Positions 20,189 through 29,964 are shown, numbered from the stretch's first letter. The stretch is DNA of 64,000 bases from Veillonella parvula (GCF_945949885.1 NZ_CAMFFZ010000005.1:13010-77009), one strand, 5' to 3'. Notes: generated by a model from the sequence alone, not told the origin. Numbers and translations are program-made.

Positions 20189-20258
20189 TGGTATGTGCTA
20201 ATTTTATAAGAATAAAAAGTTGTATAGGTGTAATACAACCTTGATAGAATGGATATAT

Positions 20259-20292
20259 AAAAAGACCTTGGATTCAATGATCCAAGGCCTTT
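20259..20292 (-). terminator. minus-strand intrinsic terminator ending the PepSY-gene transcript
   Basis: CCTTGGAT / ATCCAAGG stem. On the minus strand it is followed by TCTTTTT. Confidence 0.6.
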
Positions 20293-20517
20293 AAGGGAGT
20301 ATAGTGTGTGTAACGTTTGGTCTGTGGTGTGTGCACAGACCGTTTTCCTATTGTGTGAGATAGGATGTTAGGGAACCCGTGGTTAGTGTTACGGGCTCTC
20401 TGAGAGTGTGTTAGAGAGTGTATCCAAAGGATACAGTGTGTATAGTATGTGTGTTATATGTGTAGTGTGTCATCTAAGTGGGTTAGGATAGGGTTTCACT
20501 TGATGAAAGAAAAAATC
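20293..20517 (-). other. structured CA-rich 3' region (candidate 3'UTR-derived or independent RNA)
   Basis: Five short hairpins lie between the PepSY stop and the terminator: 20319-20341, 20347-20364, 20376-20395, 20396-20418 and 20420-20434. At least seven GTGTG (minus strand CACAC) motifs sit mostly in loops and linkers. Confidence 0.35.
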
Positions 20518-21105
20518 TTAGTATTTTGTGTTTTTAACTTTAGCGCTAATAACTTTACCGGATGTAGCGTCTACTTTTACTTCAGCATTTTTACCACCGC
20601 CAGTTGTCATATCGAATTCATATACAACTCTGCCGTTTTCACGTTCAACAGTCCAATCCATAGTTTGGAAATCAGAACCAACTTTTTCCATAGCTTTTGT
20701 TTCAGCTACTTCAGGAATGATGATGTTTTGAACGTTAATTGTTTTAGAAGCTTTGGAGTAACCTTTTACTTCTTTACCAACGATTTGACCAGATGCTTCG
20801 TCTACTTTAATTTCTACTTCACGGTTGCCATAATAACCTTCTACTTCATAGTAAGGATTGTGTTTTGCGTCATAGGAAATAGATTTTACAGTAGCGCCAG
20901 GGAATTGTTGTTGGAATACTGTAATAGCGCCCATATAATCAACAGAATAGTTAGCTTGTGCGGATGGAACAACGCTACCAACACCATTCCAGTTGCTATG
21001 GTTGTTGTAACTATGGTTGCTAGCTGCACCAACTACACCTGCTAATAATACTGTACTAACGCCAAATGCACATAGTACTTTGGATACTTTCTTAACATTT
21101 TTCAT
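20518..21105 (-). CDS. secreted tandem PepSY-domain protein
   Basis: Signal peptide (MKNVKKVSKVLCAFGVSTVLLAGVVGAA) and two PepSY-like modules (...YEVEGYYGNREVEIKVDEASGQIV; ...VYEFDMTTGGGKNAEVKVDATSGKVI). GGAGG RBS before the ATG at 21105. Confidence 0.8.
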   Translation of the reverse strand: MKNVKKVSKVLCAFGVSTVLLAGVVGAASNHSYNNHSNWNGVGSVVPSAQANYSVDYMGAITVFQQQFPGATVKSISYDAKHNPYYEVEGYYGNREVEIKVDEASGQIVGKEVKGYSKASKTINVQNIIIPEVAETKAMEKVGSDFQTMDWTVERENGRVVYEFDMTTGGGKNAEVKVDATSGKVISAKVKNTKY

Positions 21106-21372
21106 AAGCAATGCCTCCTGATACCAAATTATAATTTTTGTTTAGTTACGATTTTATGAAAGTAGATTTTACTCAATCTACTTATGTATAATTTAATCTT
21201 GTTATATGAAAATAAGATTAAATTAAATGATTTTTGTATGAAGATGAGTATATCTTTTAGTTATTATGAACTATTGATAATAACTATTAGCTATAGTCAA
21301 AATTAAAAAGTACAAAAAACATAGTATATATAATATTAGACTATATAGTAAACTAAAAGTCAAACATTATAG

Positions 21373-21401
21373 TTGACAATTAAAAATGCAAGTGCTTTAA
21401 T
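21373..21401 (+). promoter_or_regulatory. candidate promoter of bioY
   Basis: TTGACA (21373-21378), 17-nt spacer, TTTAAT. Confidence 0.35.
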
Positions 21402-21499
21402 TTAGATAGTTAGTAGTTTGTTTTCGTGTTATCTTGGATTTTTATTCTCCATTGATAGCACAAATTCCTGCTTAGGTCTGTTATGAATGGAGGTATACC

Positions 21500-22066
21500 A
21501 TGAGCTCTACTGTATCAAAACAAACTCACATTACCACCCGTCAGTTAACGATGACAGCACTCTTTGTGGCGCTAATCGCCGTTGGTGCTTTCATACGGGT
21601 CCCATTACCGAATTGTCCGTTTACATTGCAAATCTTATTTACTACATTAGCGGGCATTGTTTTAGGTAGTCGTTTAGGTGCCGCTAGTGTTGGCATTTAT
21701 ATTGTATTAGGTCTTGTTGGGGTTCCTATTTTTACGTCCGGTGGTGGTCCTAGTTATATTTTGCAACCTACCTTTGGTTATTTAATTGGCTTTATGGTTG
21801 GTGCGTATGCAGTAGGACGCATTGCAGAGACAATGGATACATTATCGTTTAAACGTTTGCTAGCTGGATCCATATTAAATCTATTTATTGTATATGGTCT
21901 TGGCATGGTGTACCTATACTTTATTATGAATCTGTATTTAGGTAAGCCTATTGGTGTCGAAGCTGTTATTATTACATGCTTCCTAATCCCCGTTGGTCCA
22001 GATATTTTCTTGTGCGCTGTAGCGGCATCTCTTGGTAAGAGAATTATTAAAGAATTACAGCACTAA
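21500..22066 (+). CDS. bioY: biotin transporter S component BioY
   Basis: FIRVPLP..PFTLQ.LF..LAG..LG...G......Y..LG..G.P.F..GGG....L.PTFGYL.GF is the BioY signature region. GGAGG RBS. Confidence 0.85.
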   Translation: MSSTVSKQTHITTRQLTMTALFVALIAVGAFIRVPLPNCPFTLQILFTTLAGIVLGSRLGAASVGIYIVLGLVGVPIFTSGGGPSYILQPTFGYLIGFMVGAYAVGRIAETMDTLSFKRLLAGSILNLFIVYGLGMVYLYFIMNLYLGKPIGVEAVIITCFLIPVGPDIFLCAVAASLGKRIIKELQH

Positions 22067-22173
22067 TAGAACGTTTTAATAATTATTATAAGGCATCAAT
22101 CTTTTGTAGATTCATATAGACATTGAACTATGAAATATACGTTATTATTTTATTCAACAGAATCATTCCTATT

Positions 22174-22200
22174 AAAAACGAGGCGTTAAGCCTCGTTTTT
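22174..22200. terminator. bidirectional terminator between bioY and the DUF1980 gene
   Basis: AAAAACGAGGC GTTAA GCCTCGTTTTT. Confidence 0.85.
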
Positions 22201-22210
22201 AATGTAATTC

Positions 22211-22975
22211 TTAAGGGTATACATAGCCTAATATAGGTTCTGCAGATTTGATTTTTGTAATCTCTACATATGGTTGTTTACGACCGTGGAAGTTTCGCGT
22301 AGAAACCTTACCTTCAATCGATACCCATTGTTCATTTTGTAAGCTATCACCATCTGTTTTATAGGCTGTCATGCCAATAGGGGCAACGTCAGCAATACAA
22401 CAAGCCATAGCCATACGAGAAATAGTAAATTCGTTAGATTTTAATGTATTATCTTCGCGGTTTACATAGCCTGTCATATAAACTGTGTAGTCTTTATATT
22501 GATCAACATTAGATCCAACCTTTACAATGGTTTGATAGAAATTATCTGAGTTCAAAACGATTTCTTTTTTGTCCTTGGAAATCCCTGGCTCTTTACTTTC
22601 ACTGTTAACGGTGACAACCTCTCCAATAGCATCGTTTGTAAAGTCGAAATTGTTAGTATCATCGTTTACGCGAGCGGCACCATGAACGCCTGTTGATGGT
22701 ACAAGAACGGGAGGAATGATGAGCAACATAATGGGAATAATAATCGGAACGATAGACTTCCAGTTATGCTTGTAGTATTTTGAAGGCGCCCAAATGATCG
22801 TCGCTAGACCTCCTAAAATAAGGGCAACGCCACTAATACCTAGTAAAAGTTCATAACGTGGTGCAATATAGTTCAAATAACGACCTGTCACAATGAGGTA
22901 AATACAGCAGATACCTAAGGTGAGATACAATAGACCTTTCACGATAGAAAAGCGATCTTTCAGTCCTAATGTCAT
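22211..22975 (-). CDS. TIGR03943/DUF1980-family membrane protein (partner subunit of COG0701-type permeases)
   Basis: Two N-terminal TM helices, a third TM, then a C-terminal soluble domain with the family-typical CC motif (RMAMACCIADVAP). Confidence 0.8.
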   Translation of the reverse strand: MTLGLKDRFSIVKGLLYLTLGICCIYLIVTGRYLNYIAPRYELLLGISGVALILGGLATIIWAPSKYYKHNWKSIVPIIIPIMLLIIPPVLVPSTGVHGAARVNDDTNNFDFTNDAIGEVVTVNSESKEPGISKDKKEIVLNSDNFYQTIVKVGSNVDQYKDYTVYMTGYVNREDNTLKSNEFTISRMAMACCIADVAPIGMTAYKTDGDSLQNEQWVSIEGKVSTRNFHGRKQPYVEITKIKSAEPILGYVYP

Positions 22976-23007
22976 GAAATCATCTCCTTTTAATCAATTA
23001 AGAACTG

Positions 23008-23022
23008 AGATAATAATTATCT
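23008..23022. promoter_or_regulatory. perfect 7-1-7 Fur-family operator-like palindrome
   Basis: AGATAAT-A-ATTATCT sits 33-47 nt upstream of the DUF1980 start codon. The core GATAAT-N-ATTATC equals the Fur-type 7-1-7 core. Confidence 0.5.
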
Positions 23023-23161
23023 TAAAATTAAGATATATTACACTATAAGATGTAATGATTATACTGGATTACAAATAGTAGCTCGTTAATTTAATGAGTA
23101 ATTGTGAATTGGAAAGTAGTTAAGTAAGAATTTGCCTACTAACTAAGTAAAAATTTGTAAA

Positions 23162-24697
23162 CTAGCTAAGAAAAAATTTGAATACTAATGCTGCTATGTA
23201 GGACATAACGGCAATTGTTATACTTAATCGTATGATAAATGAGGTAGGCATATATTGTTTTAATATATATACGTTTTTGATATCTAGCATCGGACCCAAG
23301 ATGAGGAAACCCATTACGGAGCTAATAGGAAATAAAGTGCTCAAGGATTTACCGATGATAGCATCTGATGTAGAGCAGACTGAGAAGAAGAATGCTAACA
23401 TCAGCAAAATTGGAATGGCTGTAAATTCTGGCAAGGTTAATCCTGCATTGAGAAGCCAAGGCTTGCCATACATTTGAATTATAGATAGTACAGTTGCCGC
23501 CATGGAGAAATAGAGTAAGAGTTGAGAAAACTCTTGTTCCATATGGATTAACAATCTTTTTTTATCAATATACTTAGTTTTAGTTGTTTCTAAAATGATT
23601 TCTTCATAGCTAAGACTCTGTGGTGCTCTTGCTTTCAATATAGATGTGGCTGGAGACCAGAATCGGAATGATAGGGCTACTAACAAGGCCACAACTAGTC
23701 CTAAAACGATACGCCATACGGAGAGCATAGGATTGTCTGGAAATGCATACCAAGTAGAAAGAATGGTGATAGGGTTTATAATCGGACTAGCGAGCATAAA
23801 TAAAAGGGCTACCGATAAAGGGATACCTCTGTCTATTAGTGCTTTGAATAAGGGGATGATAGCACAGTCACAAATTGGCAAGGCAAAGCCACTGACCATA
23901 GCAGCCCCATAACTTTTCCAAGAATGGTCGCCTAACAGTTTTAGTAGCACTCGTTGTGGTACGAAATAGCGAATAATCGTTGAGCCTACCGTGCCTAGCA
24001 ATAGGAATGGGATGGCTTCGATGATGAGACCCGTGATTATAGCGAAGCATTGGTGGATGGAATAGGGGATGTCATGGCGAAAAGCTGTGACTAACAGTAT
24101 ATAAGTTGTAACACCAATAACTAATAGATTGGGAATGAGTCCCCATGTAGAATTTCGGCACAGCTGCTCCACTTTTTCAGGGGTGGGAGTGGTTACAATT
24201 TTAGCCTCTCCGTTGTAGGTGCGCAATAAAGCGTGATGTGTATCGGATTCTGTGATGATACAATCTGCGCTGTATAATTGACTCATTACGTCATTACCTA
24301 AGCCAGGGAGTATGGTTGAAACAAATTGATCGGTACAAATATATAACACCTTTTCTATTTGTACCAGGTGGCTTAATATATCGCTATATAGTAAGGCTTC
24401 TAGTTGATGAAAGCTTACCATGCCATTCCACTCAATCCATAGCTCTTTTGGCTGTAGTCGTTTTAAATAATCCGCAATTTTACAGGCTATCAACTCGTAA
24501 GACTTGATATCGCTAGGAACGATGGCACTGAGTTCATCCGCATTGAGTTGTAAGGGCTCTTTGATAAGAGGCTCACTGCCTTCTTCGGCGCTGATTATTG
24601 CGGTACCGCCTAGCTTTTTTCGGTATTGTAATTGTTTGTTTATGAACGTGCTTTTACCGGATCCAATAAACCCTGTAACGATATAAACAGGAATCAT
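23162..24697 (-). CDS. fusion protein: degenerate CobW/G3E-like P-loop domain + COG0701 (DUF318/ArsP-like) permease
   Basis: N-terminus MIPVYIVTGFIGSGKSTF has a Walker A but no CxCC motif. About 190 aa later come 8 or more TM helices with intramembrane Cys motifs LPICDCAIIPL and FSVCSTSDA. Its ATG overlaps the upstream stop (ATGA). Confidence 0.8.
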   Translation of the reverse strand: MIPVYIVTGFIGSGKSTFINKQLQYRKKLGGTAIISAEEGSEPLIKEPLQLNADELSAIVPSDIKSYELIACKIADYLKRLQPKELWIEWNGMVSFHQLEALLYSDILSHLVQIEKVLYICTDQFVSTILPGLGNDVMSQLYSADCIITESDTHHALLRTYNGEAKIVTTPTPEKVEQLCRNSTWGLIPNLLVIGVTTYILLVTAFRHDIPYSIHQCFAIITGLIIEAIPFLLLGTVGSTIIRYFVPQRVLLKLLGDHSWKSYGAAMVSGFALPICDCAIIPLFKALIDRGIPLSVALLFMLASPIINPITILSTWYAFPDNPMLSVWRIVLGLVVALLVALSFRFWSPATSILKARAPQSLSYEEIILETTKTKYIDKKRLLIHMEQEFSQLLLYFSMAATVLSIIQMYGKPWLLNAGLTLPEFTAIPILLMLAFFFSVCSTSDAIIGKSLSTLFPISSVMGFLILGPMLDIKNVYILKQYMPTSFIIRLSITIAVMSYIAALVFKFFLS

Positions 24698-25563
24698 GAT
24701 TGACACACTTCGTTATGTACCATTGGTACATTAAAATCTGTTCCGATAACGACTAAACTATAATCATTAGTTTCACTAGGTGAAAGCGAACAATAATGTG
24801 TGCCGTACTGGAGTTCGTGTGGGCCTTCTGTAGTAGGTACAATCCCTTTGGCACGAAGCACTGTATCAGGCATGCCTTCTAAAATGGTTTTCCACTGTGC
24901 GAGACTGAGAGTACGTAAATCCTTAAAGGTATGACTCATAAATAAATGTTCATCGTGCAAACAGTGATCATCATGACAATGATATAGGCGCTTGATGTAA
25001 TCACGCAAACTGATGGTATTCCATGCTTCTTCATGGATTGGTGTATGTGGCGCGAGGTCGCGAATCATACGTTTCGTAATGCTTGTTTGTTGAATATCTT
25101 CTGTATGGCTCAAAAAAATCGCATCACTATGAGTGATTTGATCCTTGAAGAAAAGACCAAAATTTTTGATAAACATTGGTGCTTGCATAGCATCGACAGT
25201 CGTTATCGATGCGTGAACGTAAGCAGATTTTGCAATGTCCTCGTCCTTACAAGTATGGATGATTTCACTAAGCTTGCTAACACCTGATGGCTCGATGTAG
25301 ATCATATCGATTTTGTAATTTTGGAGAATATCAAGTAGTGCTTGCTGGAAATTTCCTTGTAAGCTACAACAAATACAGCCAGAGGTTACTTCGCGGACTG
25401 TAGCCCCTGTTTTTGCGAGATTAGTCGCATCAAGGCTAGTTTCACCAAAATCGTTTTCTATAATAAGAATTTTATCTTTCGATGTATGTTCTTTTAATAT
25501 ATGTTGTAATAATGTTGTTTTTCCAGAACCTAGAAATCCGGATATAATAACTATTGGAATCAT
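24694..25563 (-). CDS. COG0523/CobW-family metal-chaperone GTPase
   Basis: GFLGSGKTTLL Walker A, ENDFGE, GCICCSL metal-binding motif and His/Cys-rich stretch HCHDDHCLHDEH. GGAGG RBS before the ATG at 25563. Confidence 0.9.
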   Translation of the reverse strand: MIPIVIISGFLGSGKTTLLQHILKEHTSKDKILIIENDFGETSLDATNLAKTGATVREVTSGCICCSLQGNFQQALLDILQNYKIDMIYIEPSGVSKLSEIIHTCKDEDIAKSAYVHASITTVDAMQAPMFIKNFGLFFKDQITHSDAIFLSHTEDIQQTSITKRMIRDLAPHTPIHEEAWNTISLRDYIKRLYHCHDDHCLHDEHLFMSHTFKDLRTLSLAQWKTILEGMPDTVLRAKGIVPTTEGPHELQYGTHYCSLSPSETNDYSLVVIGTDFNVPMVHNEVCQS

Positions 25564-25831
25564 ATATACCTCCTGCGTAATGTAAACACAGTATACACCT
25601 ATAGGATAACACAGAAAATACTCTATGGGGTATATGGAGACTAGCAAGTTCCTCAGAGTTTAACAGTCTTCTCTGAAATTTATAGGTTATATACTATATA
25701 TGAGTATACTGACACATGTAGTTGATATTCATAATTATTTATAAATAAAATGATGCATTACATGTTGTTCACATATGAAAGAATACTCCTATGTGAATAA
25801 ATATTTATTTGTATAGTTGAGAAATTTTTAT

Positions 25832-25893
25832 AAAAAAATCCCTCCTACAAGATAATTCAGTTGGAGAGATTTGCTGAATTACTTGTAGGAGGG
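25832..25893 (-). terminator. terminator of pepD
   Basis: About 20-bp stem CCCTCCTACAAG(A)TAATTCAG / CTGAATTACTTGTAGGAGGG with a T-run on the minus strand. Confidence 0.8.
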
Positions 25894-25987
25894 TTGGAGA
25901 GTCATTATTACATGGGTCTCGTAATTTGATGTGCTATTTGCTTATAGTATAACAAATTATACAGCAAAAATATAGTAATTATTTATT

Positions 25988-27436
25988 TTATTGTAATTTT
26001 GCTAATAATGCTTTGAGGTACACATATACATTTTCAACAGAAGGTAAATGAACGCGTTCTGTTGGTGTATGAGGACTTACGATAGTAGGCCCAAAGCTAA
26101 TCATCTGTGTATTTGGTAATACGCCTTTTAATAAACCACATTCGAGGCCTGCGTGAATGGCATTTACATTAGCTGGTGTATTGAACATTTCGTTATGCAA
26201 GGAAATCGCTTGTTCTTCCAATTTTGAGCCTTTGTCGTATTCCCATGCTGGATATCCACCTGTACGCTCTGCAGCTACGCCAAGTGCTTTTGCAAGAAGC
26301 ATCATTTTTTTAGTTAAGAATTCAAGACTATTGCTATTGGAACTACGAATAGAAATGAGTATTTCAATGGTATGTTGATTTTCACGTACGATAGCAATAT
26401 TATTAGATGTTTCTACAAGGTTTGGGATAGACTTACTTACAGAATGAACCCCATCTTGTGCAAGATAGATATATGTAATAAGTGCTTCTGTTGTGTCTTC
26501 TGCATATACTATTTCAGGAGTAGGAACATCTTCAACTACGAATGTAAGTCTTGGATCCTGCACGCTATATTCGTGTTGATATTGTTTTTCTTGGTATGCG
26601 AGTAATGTTTTAATGGCTGCCACATCTTCAGAACGTACAGATAATACAGCTACTGCCTTAGACGGGATTGCATTATGTTTTACGCCACCTTCGAAGAACG
26701 CTAAACTAATAGGATATTGTTGTTGAATATCATAGAGCACACGGGTTAGTACTTGGTTTGCATTGGCTAGTTGCTCGTTGATTTCGATGCCGGAGTGCCC
26801 CCCTTTGAGGCCGGTTACTGTAATGGATAGGCCCGCATCATAGCCTGGTTGATTGTTATCGCGTAACAATGGAATTTTTACATGTACGTGGCAACCGCCA
26901 GCACAACTAACGGTGAAGTCATGTTCTACCTCTGTATCTAGGTTGAGTAAGTAGTCACCAGTTACTTGGCCTTCTTTAATGGCAAAGGCACCATCCATAC
27001 CAGTTTCTTCGTTGGTAGTGAATAATAATTGCATTGGACCATGTTGTTGGTTTTCATCTTCAAGGAGAGCAAGCATCATAGCAGCACCCATGCCATTATC
27101 AGCACCTAACGTTGTATGGTCTGCGTGCATCCAATCGCCTTCGATGATGTTGGCGATTGGATCTTTAGAGAAGTCGTGGTTAGAGTCATGGTCTTTAACA
27201 CAAACCATATCAATATGGCCTTGTAAAATGATGGATGGACGGTTTTCATAACCAGGAGATGCAGCTTTTTTTATAACTACATTAAAGATTTCGTCTTGAT
27301 GAACTTCAAGACCTAAATTTTTGGCAAAGTTCACGATGTAATCGCTGATTCCTTTTTCATTGCCGGACTCACGCGGAATTTGGCTCATTTCTTTAAAAAT
27401 TTCTAAAACGCGTTTTGATTGAACGATTGTTTCCAT
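25988..27436 (-). CDS. pepD: aminoacyl-histidine (Xaa-His) dipeptidase, M20 family
   Basis: Typical PepD motifs QGHIDMV, TLGADNGMG, TTNEETGMDGA and HAGLECG. ATG at 27436 is preceded by AAAGGTG. Confidence 0.9.
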   Translation of the reverse strand: METIVQSKRVLEIFKEMSQIPRESGNEKGISDYIVNFAKNLGLEVHQDEIFNVVIKKAASPGYENRPSIILQGHIDMVCVKDHDSNHDFSKDPIANIIEGDWMHADHTTLGADNGMGAAMMLALLEDENQQHGPMQLLFTTNEETGMDGAFAIKEGQVTGDYLLNLDTEVEHDFTVSCAGGCHVHVKIPLLRDNNQPGYDAGLSITVTGLKGGHSGIEINEQLANANQVLTRVLYDIQQQYPISLAFFEGGVKHNAIPSKAVAVLSVRSEDVAAIKTLLAYQEKQYQHEYSVQDPRLTFVVEDVPTPEIVYAEDTTEALITYIYLAQDGVHSVSKSIPNLVETSNNIAIVRENQHTIEILISIRSSNSNSLEFLTKKMMLLAKALGVAAERTGGYPAWEYDKGSKLEEQAISLHNEMFNTPANVNAIHAGLECGLLKGVLPNTQMISFGPTIVSPHTPTERVHLPSVENVYVYLKALLAKLQ

Positions 27437-27736
27437 AATGGCACCTTTCATTCTCATGTAGAATAGACATGTATGTATTATTGAAAGCTTTTAAAACAAT
27501 ATAAAATGAAATACTTTATCGTAATGGTCGCTTGTTTTACAACCTATAGTGGGTTCTTTCATACATACACATGAAATATATAAATTATTACTATATATAG
27601 TTATATCACAATAAGGATTATTAGGATAGCTTATGCTAGGTGCTAGCTATATAGGAATAATATTGTATAATGAGGGTATACGAATAACGAATAACAATTA
27701 ACTAAATTCTATAGATCTTAGAAGGTTGGTGAACCA

Positions 27737-29188
27737 ATGCAACATGAAAGCCGCAATATTAGCATGCTTATGGATTTTTATGAGATGACTATGGCACATG
27801 GCTACTTTACAAAATTAAAAAATGTGGATCGCGTCGCATTTGATGTTTTCTTTAGACGTAATCCAGACAAGGGCGGTTTTGCTATTTTTGGTGGTCTCGA
27901 ACAAATCGTTGAGTACATTTTAAATCTACACTTTGATGAAAGTGATATCTCTTATTTACGGAGTCAGGGTATTTTTAGTGAAGAATTTTTAGCATATCTA
28001 AAAGATTTCTCTTTTACCGGTGATGTATATGCCTTTCCAGAAGGTTCTATCATCTATCCTAATGAACCTGTTATTACAATTGTGGCACCTCTCATAGATG
28101 CACAAATCATAGAAACTGCAGTGCTTACTATGATGAACCATCAATCTCTTATTGCCACAAAAGCTAATCGCATTGTTCGCGCTGCGGATGGGCGTATTGT
28201 GGCTGACTTTGGTGCTCGCCGTGCACATAATGTAGATGCTGCTGTATACGGTGCAAGAGCTGCTTATATTGGTGGTGTTCAGTCCACTGCAACTGTTTTA
28301 GCAGGGCAACAATTTGGTATTCCTGTCAGTGGGACCATGGCACATAGCTGGGTTATGTACTATGGCTCTGAATATGATGCTTTCAAAGCCTATGCCGAAG
28401 TGTATCCAGATAATCCAGTATTCCTCGTTGATACTTATGATGTGTTAAATTCTGGCGTGCCTAATGCTATTAAGGTAGCAAAGGATGTATTGGAGCCAAT
28501 GGGTAAACGCTTAAAAGGAATTCGCCTAGATTCTGGTGACCTTGCGTATTTGGCTAAAAAAGCACGGCGCATGCTAGATGATGCAGGTTTAGAGGATTGT
28601 AAAATCATGGCATCTAATAGTCTAGATGAGTATACAATCACATCTTTGCTAATACAAGGTGGGCCTATTGATATTTTTGGTGTAGGGGAACGCCTCATTA
28701 CCTCTAAGAGTGCCCCCGTATTTGGTGCGGTATATAAGATTGCTAGCATCGAGAAAGATGGTATGTGGGAACCGCGTATCAAGATTTCTGAAAGTGTTGA
28801 AAAAATTACTAATCCAGGTTTAAAAAAGGTATATCGTGTTTATAATGATAAAGGTCGTGCGATTGCAGATCTATTAACATTGTTGCGAGAGGTACCCGAT
28901 ACAGAGGAACCATATCGTTATATCGATCCTGAGCAACCTTGGCGTGAATTATATTTTGAAAACTGTACCTTTAAAGAAATGAAACAACTCGTTATCAAGG
29001 ATGGTAAACTTGTTGTAAATTTGCCAACCTTAGAGGAAATTCGAGAATATGTACAGAAACAATTATCTAATGAAATTTGGCCCGAAGAACAACGCTTTGA
29101 AAATCCACATCGTCACTATCTTGATATGAGCCCTAGCTACTATCAATTGAAGATGGATTTATTGAACCGTATTTATCGAAAAAAATAG
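27737..29188 (+). CDS. pncB: nicotinate phosphoribosyltransferase
   Basis: LMDFYEMTMAHGYF N-terminus and GTMAHSWV motif. Followed by nadE. Confidence 0.9.
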   Translation: MQHESRNISMLMDFYEMTMAHGYFTKLKNVDRVAFDVFFRRNPDKGGFAIFGGLEQIVEYILNLHFDESDISYLRSQGIFSEEFLAYLKDFSFTGDVYAFPEGSIIYPNEPVITIVAPLIDAQIIETAVLTMMNHQSLIATKANRIVRAADGRIVADFGARRAHNVDAAVYGARAAYIGGVQSTATVLAGQQFGIPVSGTMAHSWVMYYGSEYDAFKAYAEVYPDNPVFLVDTYDVLNSGVPNAIKVAKDVLEPMGKRLKGIRLDSGDLAYLAKKARRMLDDAGLEDCKIMASNSLDEYTITSLLIQGGPIDIFGVGERLITSKSAPVFGAVYKIASIEKDGMWEPRIKISESVEKITNPGLKKVYRVYNDKGRAIADLLTLLREVPDTEEPYRYIDPEQPWRELYFENCTFKEMKQLVIKDGKLVVNLPTLEEIREYVQKQLSNEIWPEEQRFENPHRHYLDMSPSYYQLKMDLLNRIYRKK

Positions 29189-29196
29189 GAGGGGCT

Positions 29197-29964
29197 ATGT
29201 TAGAAAATCCACAATCTACAAAGAATGCCCTTATTCAATGGATTAGAGATTATTTTAGTCAAAACGGTCCTAACTGTAGTGCTGTAGTCGGTATTTCAGG
29301 TGGTAAGGATTCTACTATCGTGGCAGCTCTTTGCAAAGAAGCTCTTGGTGCAAATCGCGTAGTTGGTGTTCTTATGCCAAATGGAGTGCAATCCGATATT
29401 GATGATGCTCAGGCAGTGGTGAATCATTTAGGAATTCCTCACATGACAGTTAACATTGGTGCTGCCTATGAGGCGCTAACTCATGCTATCGTTCAAGCTA
29501 AGGGCTATGATGTTGTAACGGGGAGAACTGATTTAGCCAAGGATGCAATTATCAATACACCGCCTCGCCTTCGAATGACAACGCTCTATGCAGTAGGGCA
29601 AAATTTGCCAAATGGTGCTCGTGTAGCCAATACTTGTAATGGTTCTGAAGACTACGTAGGATATTCTACAAAATACGGAGATAGTGCAGGTGATTTTAGC
29701 CCTCTCGCTCAACTCGTGGTAGAAGAGGTTCGTCAAATAGGCAAGCTTCTTGATATTCCCTCATATTTAGTTGATAAGGTGCCAAGTGATGGTCTTAGTG
29801 GTCAGTCAGATGAGGATAAATTGGGATTTACCTATGCTATACTGGATCGTTATATCAGAACTGGTGAAATTGAAGATCAGCCAACAAAAGAGCGAATAGA
29901 TCATCTGAATCGAATTAATAAACATAAATTGGAGTTGATGCCATCATTTGACCCAAAGCTTTAA
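29197..29964 (+). CDS. nadE: ammonia-dependent NAD+ synthetase
   Basis: PP-loop GISGGKDST. NadE-like length and C-terminus. Confidence 0.9.
   Translation: MLENPQSTKNALIQWIRDYFSQNGPNCSAVVGISGGKDSTIVAALCKEALGANRVVGVLMPNGVQSDIDDAQAVVNHLGIPHMTVNIGAAYEALTHAIVQAKGYDVVTGRTDLAKDAIINTPPRLRMTTLYAVGQNLPNGARVANTCNGSEDYVGYSTKYGDSAGDFSPLAQLVVEEVRQIGKLLDIPSYLVDKVPSDGLSGQSDEDKLGFTYAILDRYIRTGEIEDQPTKERIDHLNRINKHKLELMPSFDPKL

Noticed and set aside
20449-21045. 198-aa plus-strand ORF overlapping the PepSY gene
   Set aside because: Its sequence is Cys/Phe-rich and low-complexity, and it has no RBS. The opposite strand encodes a protein with a signal peptide and two PepSY modules behind a GGAGG RBS.
25564-25830. 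Second Fur/Zur box upstream of the COG0523 gene
   Set aside because: Only partial matches occur (ATAATTAT within TTCATAATTATTTATAA, and the palindrome AGTATACT). Neither forms a 7-1-7 repeat comparable to the one at 23008-23022.
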